Assembly (NCBI GenBank): GCA_016184125.1
Contig: JACPDG010000037.1
Location: 107,502-171,501, forward strand
Length of the DNA stretch: 64,000 nucleotides
Origin: Candidatus Rokuibacteriota bacterium
GTDB taxonomy: Bacteria; Methylomirabilota; Methylomirabilia; Rokubacteriales; CSP1-6
Direction: 5' to 3'
Shown here piece by piece: positions 57,942 through 64,000 of the stretch (its first letter is position 1; each line of letters begins with the position of its first letter). The notes under the pieces were generated by a model. The model worked only from the letters and a program-made list of their open reading frames with translations. It was not told the DNA's origin and did not search any database. The translations under genes were made by a program, and so were the position numbers.

Positions 57942-59781
57942 CCGGCACGTCCTTCACGATCGTCTCGAGGGCTGCGAGGAACGCGTCGCAGTGGCGCACC
58001 GTCAGGGCACCGATGTTCGCCACCTGGAAGACGCGGTCCGCGAGGATCCCCTTGCCGCCATAGACGATGTACCCGGCACGCTTCACGCGGTCGTGGAACT
58101 CGGCCGCGCCGAACCCGCGGGGCAGCTCGAGCGTCGTCAAGAGCGGCGACATCAGCGGCTCGGGGATGACCGGTCGCAGACCGAGCCGCCGGCATCCGCG
58201 CCGGAGCCGGCGCGCGAGCCGCTGGAACCGCAGGAAGCGCTGCTCGACGCCTTCGGCGAGCAGGTCGTCCAGCGCGGCCTCGAGCGCGAAGTAGAGGTTG
58301 ACGGCCGGGGTGTTCGGCGTCTGGTTCTGCTTGTCGTTGTACGAGAAGTGCTTGTAGAGGTCGAGGTAGACGCTGCGCGCGCGCACCGCGGCGAGCGCCT
58401 CGAAGGCGTCGCGCTGGCCGCAGACGAACGCGAGACCGGGAATCGAGCCGATCGCCTTGTTCGCGCTCGACGTACAGAACGTGAGCCCGTTGGCCTCCAC
58501 GTCGACGGGCACGCCGCCGAGGCTCGAGATGGCGTCGACGTAGGTCTCGAGCCCGTGGCGGCGCGCGAGGAGCGCGATCTCCCTGAGCGGGTTCAGCATG
58601 CCGGTCGACGTCTCGTGGTGGACCCACACGACCGCGTCGAGGTTGCCGCGCGCCATCGCCTGCTCTACCGCGGAGAGGTCGAACGGCTGCCCCCACCGCG
58701 CCGTGAGCGGCGTGACCGCGACGCCGAGGTGCCGGGCCATGGAGATCAGGCGCTCGCCGAACTCCCCGTTGGCGAGCACGAGCAGCCGGCGCCCGATCGC
58801 GGCCGTGCCCAGGAGCGCCTCGTTGGCGGCGGTGCCCGAGCCGGTCAGCACGACGGTCGTGTACCGGTGGAAGTTCCGCACGCCGAAGACCTTGCCGAGC
58901 TTGAGACGGACGCGGTTCAGCAGCTCGGAGAACTCCAGCTCGCGGTGCCCGATCTCCGGCGCGGCGACCGCGGCCTTCACGCGCTTGGCGACCATGACGG
59001 GGCCCGGGCAGAACAGCAGCTGCCGGCGCATGCCGGGCATCGCCGACAGCGCGGCCGCGCGCTCGGGATCGCCGAACTGCTTGAGCGCCTCGACGTAGTC
59101 GGACAGGAAGTCGATCTCGACCCACGGCTGGCCGGCGACGTCGACGGTGCCGAGCGGCCGGCGCACGGCCAGGCGCGTGATCGCGTCCTCGTACCACGCG
59201 GTGCGCTCGCCCGCGGCGAGCATCTGTCCGACCACGTCGAAGAGCTCGTCGGCGACGGCGGCCGCGTAGCGTGCGATGCCGAGGAACTCGCCGTGCGCCG
59301 TGCCGGCGGGCAACAGCTTGCCGATCGCGCTCACGTCCCCGTGCGGGCCCGTGACGACCTTCACCTCTTCCTCGCCCATGACCCGCACGCGGTCGATCGC
59401 CAGCACCGCGTCGCGCGGATCACGCAGGACCTCGGCGAGGATCTTGTCGTCGAGGACGAGGTCGCCGTCGACGACGAGCAGGTCGTCCCCGCGGCAGACC
59501 TCCCGCGTGAGCCAGAGCGAGTAGAGCGTGTTGGTGCGGTCGTGGAGCGGGTTGTCGACGATCTCGACGCGCGTCGCGAGATCGGAGCGCCGGAGCACGT
59601 CGAGCACGCGCTGTTTCGCCCAGCCGACCACGATCGCCGGGGTGACCCCGTGCGCGGTGAGCTGACCGAGGAGCCGCTCGAGCAGCGTCGTGTTCCCGAG
59701 CTCGAGGAGGGTCTTCGGTCGGTCCTGCGTGAGGGGGTACAGCGAGCGGCCCGCTCCGGCGGCGAGAATGACGGCCTTCAT
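57895..59781 (-). CDS. Fusion: LicC/PntC-like cytidylyltransferase + 2-aminoethylphosphonate-pyruvate transaminase (PhnW-like class V aminotransferase)
   Basis: N-terminus MKAVILAAGAGRSLYPLTQDRPKTLL. The C-terminus aligns with AEP transaminase (HHETSTGMLNP, SSANKAIGSIPGLAFV, FQVANIG). Confidence 0.8.
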   Translation of the reverse strand: MKAVILAAGAGRSLYPLTQDRPKTLLELGNTTLLERLLGQLTAHGVTPAIVVGWAKQRVLDVLRRSDLATRVEIVDNPLHDRTNTLYSLWLTREVCRGDDLLVVDGDLVLDDKILAEVLRDPRDAVLAIDRVRVMGEEEVKVVTGPHGDVSAIGKLLPAGTAHGEFLGIARYAAAVADELFDVVGQMLAAGERTAWYEDAITRLAVRRPLGTVDVAGQPWVEIDFLSDYVEALKQFGDPERAAALSAMPGMRRQLLFCPGPVMVAKRVKAAVAAPEIGHRELEFSELLNRVRLKLGKVFGVRNFHRYTTVVLTGSGTAANEALLGTAAIGRRLLVLANGEFGERLISMARHLGVAVTPLTARWGQPFDLSAVEQAMARGNLDAVVWVHHETSTGMLNPLREIALLARRHGLETYVDAISSLGGVPVDVEANGLTFCTSSANKAIGSIPGLAFVCGQRDAFEALAAVRARSVYLDLYKHFSYNDKQNQTPNTPAVNLYFALEAALDDLLAEGVEQRFLRFQRLARRLRRGCRRLGLRPVIPEPLMSPLLTTLELPRGFGAAEFHDRVKRAGYIVYGGKGILADRVFQVANIGALTVRHCDAFLAALETIVKDVPDAQSPHPGGRVRVAA

Positions 59782-59915
59782 GCGTCCATGGAGAGCGCAA
59801 GAGCCGTACCGAGCCGGAGGCGGCCGCGCCGTGCGGCCTTACGACGGATTCAGGCGGACGGCGTACCGTCGGTGTGCAACAGGTTGGCGCATCTCGCGAG
59901 CCGGTTGCGGCCTCG

Positions 59916-60272
59916 TCACACGGCCGCCTGAACGATCGCGGAGGCGCCGCCCCAGCGCCCACGCGCGTCGACCGCGCGCACCGTGAGCGCGTGGCGGCCG
60001 GGGAGCAGAGCAGGCAGCAGCAGCTCGCACGTCTCGTGCGCCGGCATCCACGATTCGATGAGGTCACCGTTGACGTAGAGGGACAGGCGCACCGGCGCGA
60101 CACCACCGGCGAGCTTCACCAGCGCCACGCGGGCGCGCGGCGCGGACAGCGGCCCGATGCCGACCGTCAGGAAGACGCGCAGCCCCGGACTCTTGCTCGT
60201 GCTCCGCCTCGGCGCGAGCAGCATCTCCTGCGTCGTCTCGGTGTGTCGCCGCACGATCGTCCTTCCCTGCAT
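59916..60272 (-). CDS. Hypothetical protein (possible Ig-like fold)
   Basis: ORF only. Weak beta-sandwich-like patterning and no supporting signal. Confidence 0.25.
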   Translation of the reverse strand: MQGRTIVRRHTETTQEMLLAPRRSTSKSPGLRVFLTVGIGPLSAPRARVALVKLAGGVAPVRLSLYVNGDLIESWMPAHETCELLLPALLPGRHALTVRAVDARGRWGGASAIVQAAV

Positions 60273-60610
60273 CCCGCTCTCCTTGCCGACGGCGACGCTC
60301 CGGCGTCACTCGGCGGACCGCGGAAGGGCAAGGAGAACGCCAGACCGGCGGCGGCGCAACTTCGCGCGCGTACAGGCCTTGGAGTTTCTACCTTCGCGCC
60401 CGAGCGATCGATCCGTGACAGTGCGACGGCCATCTGACACAGGACACGCCGCGAGACGTGTGCAACGCGGGTCCTGATTCGGCGACGAACGTGCGGACGT
60501 CGCCGGCCCCGGTCCACGACGCAGGACGCGTGTCGGCCGCGGCGACGCACCAGGACGCACGAGGACCCGGCACACCGGGCATGGCATTCCCCTTGCGCCC
60601 TGCCTCGAGC

Positions 60611-61684
60611 ATGGCCCGCATGATGACGCCCGATCCCGTGCACGCGTTTCACGGTCGCGTCGTCCGCGCTCGCGAGGTCGACAAGCGCTGGGACCGCTTC
60701 GTCGAGCGCCACCCGAACCCGACCGTCGGTCATCTCTCCGCCTGGGGTCGTATCGCCGAGCGGACGTACGGCCACGAGCCGGTGTATCTCACGGCCGAGG
60801 AGGACGGCGAGGTCCTCGGTGTCCTGCCGCTCGTCCTGATGCGCAGCCGCCTCTTCGGCCGCCGGCTGGTGTCCATGCCGTTCCTCGACTACGGTGGCGT
60901 GGTCGCCGAGCCCGGCCGCCGCGTCGAGCAGGCGCTCGTCGACGCGGCGCTCGCGGCCGGGCGCGACCTCGGCGCCGCGACCATCGGCCTGAGACAGTTC
61001 GAGCGCGCCGACGTGCCCTACCCCGTCACCGACGACCGCGTGACGATGCTCATGCCGCTCACGACGGAAGAGCGGGCGTGGAAGGTGTTGCCCTCCGAGC
61101 GCAGGAATCGCGTCCGCAAGGGCGAGAAGCACGGTCTCGTGGCGACCTGGTGCGGCGCCGAGGCGCTCGAGGAATTCTACGAGGTCTTCGCGGTCAACAT
61201 GCGCGACCTCGGCTCACCCGTTCACAGCCGGCGCTTCTTCGAGACGATGCTCGCCGAGCTCCCGGGCACCGCGCGCGTGGTGCTCGCGCGCGATCGGGGC
61301 GCGCGCGTGCTCGGCGCCGCCGTCTGCCTCTTCTTTCGCGACACGATCATGGTGCCCTGGGTCTCGTCGCTGCGGGAGGCGTTCGCGCTCTGCCCGAACT
61401 TCGTCCTGTACTGGGACATCATCCGCTTCGGCTGCCGCAACGGCTACCGGGTGCTCGACCTCGGGCGATCGTTCCGGAACGCCGGCACCTTCGAGTTCAA
61501 GCGCCAGTGGGGCGCCCACCCGCACACGCTGCCGTGGGTCTTCGTCGACGTCGTGCCCGGCGCGCCGCCGCCCGTCGACCGGGACCGCAGCCGCTTCGAG
61601 CGCCTCATCGCGCTGTGGAAGCGTGTCCCCGTCCCTGTCGCCAACGTGGTGGGTCCGTGGATCCGCGGGCAAGTGCCCAACTGA
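60611..61684 (+). CDS. Second FemAB-family protein (exosortase-locus subfamily)
   Basis: Paralogous to the FemAB-like gene at 47550-48716 (VLPLVLM, LDLGRS, FKRQWGA). The start is uncertain: Met residues at 60581, 60611 and 60620. Confidence 0.7.
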   Translation: MARMMTPDPVHAFHGRVVRAREVDKRWDRFVERHPNPTVGHLSAWGRIAERTYGHEPVYLTAEEDGEVLGVLPLVLMRSRLFGRRLVSMPFLDYGGVVAEPGRRVEQALVDAALAAGRDLGAATIGLRQFERADVPYPVTDDRVTMLMPLTTEERAWKVLPSERRNRVRKGEKHGLVATWCGAEALEEFYEVFAVNMRDLGSPVHSRRFFETMLAELPGTARVVLARDRGARVLGAAVCLFFRDTIMVPWVSSLREAFALCPNFVLYWDIIRFGCRNGYRVLDLGRSFRNAGTFEFKRQWGAHPHTLPWVFVDVVPGAPPPVDRDRSRFERLIALWKRVPVPVANVVGPWIRGQVPN

Positions 61685-61687
61685 CTT

Positions 61688-61985
61688 CATGGGGGGCCTC
61701 GAAGGGCCCCCCAATCCCCCCGACACTCGCAACCGGCCCGGGGGACCCGGGCCGCTGCTCGAGTTCGCTCGGCGGACCGCAATCATGGGGGGCCTCGAAG
61801 GGCCCCCCAATCCCCCCGACACTCGCAAGCGGCCCGGGGGACCCGGGCCGCTGCTCGAGTTCGCTCGACGGACCGCAATCATGGGGGGCCCCGACATGGC
61901 CCCCCATACCCCCCAGCGCTCGGCGCCGTCCCGGGAAACCCGGGACGGCCCTCGATGCCACGATCCGGTCACCGGCTCTGAACGC
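61688..61985. repeat. Tandem array (3 units) of the hairpin repeat family
   Basis: Two near-identical units with a TCGAAG loop variant and one unit with a CCGACAT loop variant, ending 2 nt before the GT2 ATG. Confidence 0.85.
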
Positions 61986-61986
61986 G

Positions 61987-62919
61987 ATGGCGCCGTCCGT
62001 CTCGATCTCCGTCCTCAACTACCAGCGGCGGGAGGCCCTGCGCGAGGCGCTCGACGGCGCACGGCGTCAGCACGGCCCGGTCCTCGAGCTCATCGCCGTC
62101 GACAACGCGTCGGCCGACGGCAGCGCCGAGATGGTCCGCGACGACTTCCCGGACGTGCGTCTCGTCCGCCTGCCCGAGAACGTAGGCGCGGCGGCGCGCA
62201 ACGCCGGCGTGGCGGCCGCCAAGGGCGACATCGTCGTCACCATCGACAACGACGTGCGCTTCACCACGCCGGACGACGTCGAGCGGGCGGTCGAGGCGTT
62301 CGCGCGGCACCCGGGGGCCGCGGTGGTGAACTTCATGATCGTCGGGGCCGACGGTCGCCTGTCGCGGCGCGACTGGTGCCACCCGCGCGACCCCGACCGC
62401 TGGGCCGAGCACGAGTTCCTCACCGATTACGTCCTCGAGGGCGCCTCCGCGTGCCGGCGGGACGCGTTCCTCGCGACGGGCGGCTACTGGCCGCCCTTCT
62501 TCATCGGCCACGAGGGCTGGGACCTGGCGCTGCGGCTCATCGGCGCCGGTCACGATCTCGTCTACACGCCCACGGTGCGCGTGCGCCACCTGGCCGACCC
62601 GAGCGTGCGGCCGTCGAGCCGCATCTACTACACGTTCGCGCGCAACGCGGTGTGGGTGGCGCTTCGCCACCACCGGCCCCTGGCGGCGGCGCGGTCGATC
62701 GCGCAGGACCTCGCGCTCATGGCCTTTGCTGCGGCGCGCGCCGGCGAGATCCGCGCGTGGGCGCGCGGCGTGCGCGACGCCGTCCGCGGCGCTCCGGTCG
62801 CACTCGCCAGCCGCCAGCCGCTGCCGCCCTCGGCCTCCGCGCGACTGGCCGCGATTCGAGCGCTCAAGCCGGGCGTGCTCGCACGCGTCCGGCGGCACGT
62901 TCGTGAGCGACTGATCTGA
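61987..62919 (+). CDS. Glycosyltransferase family 2
   Basis: VSISVLNY, AVDNASADGS, and the DND motif (TIDNDVRF). Confidence 0.8.
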   Translation: MAPSVSISVLNYQRREALREALDGARRQHGPVLELIAVDNASADGSAEMVRDDFPDVRLVRLPENVGAAARNAGVAAAKGDIVVTIDNDVRFTTPDDVERAVEAFARHPGAAVVNFMIVGADGRLSRRDWCHPRDPDRWAEHEFLTDYVLEGASACRRDAFLATGGYWPPFFIGHEGWDLALRLIGAGHDLVYTPTVRVRHLADPSVRPSSRIYYTFARNAVWVALRHHRPLAAARSIAQDLALMAFAAARAGEIRAWARGVRDAVRGAPVALASRQPLPPSASARLAAIRALKPGVLARVRRHVRERLI

Positions 62920-63240
62920 TGGGGGGCCCCGACATGGCCGACATGGCCCCCCATACCCCCCGACGCTCGCACCCGGCCCGGGGAACCCGGGCCGGGGCTC
63001 GACACTGCGCTCGGCCGGGCCCCGACATGGCCCCCCATACCCCCCAACGTTCGCCGGGCCCGGGATGAACCCGGGCCCGTCTCTACCTCGCGCTCGCTCG
63101 GGCGGTGCGACTTCGCGCCCTCCCCGTCTCGACCTCGCGCTCGCTCGGGCGGTGCGACTTCGCGCCCTCCCCCGACGTTCGACCGGCCCGGGGTGAGCCA
63201 GGTCCGCGCCGATTCGTTCACGAGCTCCGAGGCGGGCTCC
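62917..63240. repeat. Tandem array of the hairpin repeat family with an internal 47-bp duplication
   Basis: GATGGGGGGCCCCGACATGGCCGACATGGCCCCCCATACCCCCC.... It also contains CTCGCGCTCGCTCGGGCGGTGCGACTTCGCGCCCTCCCC twice. Confidence 0.8.
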
Positions 63241-63384
63241 CGGCGAGCGCTTGACGCCGCCGCGCGATCGGCGGTTAATGAAGACCTCTTCGGTCGCCCA
63301 ACCTCGCGCCGTGCGCGAGATGCGCCCTCCCGGCATCGCGGCCGGGCCCAGCGCTGGAGGGATCGGGCCGTGACGTCCCGAACG

Positions 63385-63615
63385 ATGACGCTCCGCGACC
63401 GCATCACGGCATTGCTCAGGACACGCACCGGTGAGGAGTTCTGCGCCGCCTGCATCGCGAAGATGCTCGACGTCCGCCACAAGAGCGCTCACCAGGCCGC
63501 GCTCAAGCTCGAGGCGTCCGTCGCGTTTCGCCGGCAGTACGGGCGCTGTTCCACGTGCGGCAAGACGCGGCTCGTCGCCACGGCGCTCGGGCCCACCGCG
63601 GCGCCGCCGGATTGA
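63385..63615 (+). CDS. Small hypothetical zinc-ribbon protein (C-x2-C...C-x2-C)
   Basis: 76 aa (MTLRDRITALL...CAAC...CSTC) flanked on both sides by repeat arrays. No homology support. Confidence 0.35.
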   Translation: MTLRDRITALLRTRTGEEFCAACIAKMLDVRHKSAHQAALKLEASVAFRRQYGRCSTCGKTRLVATALGPTAAPPD

Positions 63616-63618
63616 AAT

Positions 63619-63722
63619 CATGGGGGGCCCGACATGGCCCCCAAGCCCCCCCAACGCTCGCCGGGCCCGGGGTGAACTCGGCCCCGTCTCGACCACCCGA
63701 TTCGTTCACGGGCTCGAGCGGG
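63619..63722. repeat. Hairpin repeat family, copy L
   Basis: CATGGGGGGCCCGACATGGCCCCCAAGCCCCCCCAACGCTCG...CGATTCGTTCACGGGCTCGAG. Confidence 0.75.
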
Positions 63723-63735
63723 GAGAGCCGCCGGG

Positions 63736-64000
63736 TCACGCCTCCGGGCCGTCGTCGTCCTTCGCGCGGTCCGCCTTCGGGCTCGGCGGCAGTCCGGCGA
63801 GCGATGCCAGCACGTCGAAGACGACGGCGAAGTCGTGCTCGGCGAGGCCACGCCCCCGGGCGGCGGTGAGCATCTCGTGCGCGAGTGCGGCGGAGGGCAG
63901 CGGGACGCCGCTGGCGCGGCCCAGCTCGAGCGCCAGCCCGAGGTCCTTCTGCATCATCGGGACGTCGAACCAGGCCTCGGCCGGCATGCCGAGGACGAAC
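63736..64000 (-). CDS. 3-Hydroxyisobutyrate-dehydrogenase-family oxidoreductase, C-terminal part (gene runs off window)
   Basis: ..WFDVPMMQKDLGLALELGRASGVPLPSAALAHEML matches the NAD-binding C-terminal domain of the HIBADH/6PGDH family. Confidence 0.55.
   Translation of the reverse strand, partial: FVLGMPAEAWFDVPMMQKDLGLALELGRASGVPLPSAALAHEMLTAARGRGLAEHDFAVVFDVLASLAGLPPSPKADRAKDDDGPEA

Overview
This is a high-GC (~72%) bacterial chromosomal window, densely coding on both strands, with no transposases, integrases or CRISPR arrays. It contains four functional blocks and two families of small repeats.

(i) 1-9.2 kb: housekeeping and signalling genes. These are F420 genes cofE and npdG, a cysteine desulfurase with a TusA-like protein, a GGDEF cyclase next to a REC-HD-GYP phosphodiesterase, and a Gfo/Idh/MocA oxidoreductase.

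(ii) 11-19.5 kb: a signalling island. A REC-GAF histidine kinase and LuxR regulator are followed by a stressosome module (RsbR, RsbS, RsbT). Downstream are an RsbT-like kinase fused to a PP2C phosphatase, an RsbT-like domain fused to a hybrid histidine kinase, and a REC-histidine kinase. A tRNA-Gly(CCC) follows.

(iii) 31.4-51.3 kb: an exosortase (EpsH/XrtA-type) exopolysaccharide locus. It holds a sigma-54 response regulator (PrsR-like), Wza-like exporter, chain-length determinant, ExeA-like ATPase, tyrosine kinase, deacetylase, GT1 and GT2 glycosyltransferases, a FemAB-like protein, a flippase and the exosortase. A priming sugar transferase sits behind a consensus sigma-54 promoter.

(iv) 52-59.8 kb (minus strand): an operon encoding a PntC-PhnW-type fusion (cytidylyltransferase plus aminoethylphosphonate transaminase), a second nucleotidyltransferase, a CDP-alcohol phosphatidyltransferase, a GT2 and a very large O-antigen-ligase fusion protein. 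This suggests phosphonate decoration of a glycoconjugate.

A ~110-125 bp GC-rich hairpin repeat family (head CATGGGGGGCC...GGCCCCCCAT) occurs at 13 or more loci in both orientations and as tandem arrays. It supplies start codons, stop codons and C-terminal tails to flanking genes, and in one case sits in-frame inside a GT2 gene. A second family of 48-nt perfect palindromes with shared ends occurs once between genes and once in-frame inside the GT1 gene.

Other notable items are a TatB-like/Ada-zinc-domain fusion directly upstream of lexA with a candidate operator, an ATP-dependent DNA ligase and KaiC-like ATPase flanking a repeat array, two Uma2-family endonucleases, and a thiolase/DUF35 pair.

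The six-frame ORF track is heavily polluted by long antisense ORFs, as expected at this GC content; those were not called.
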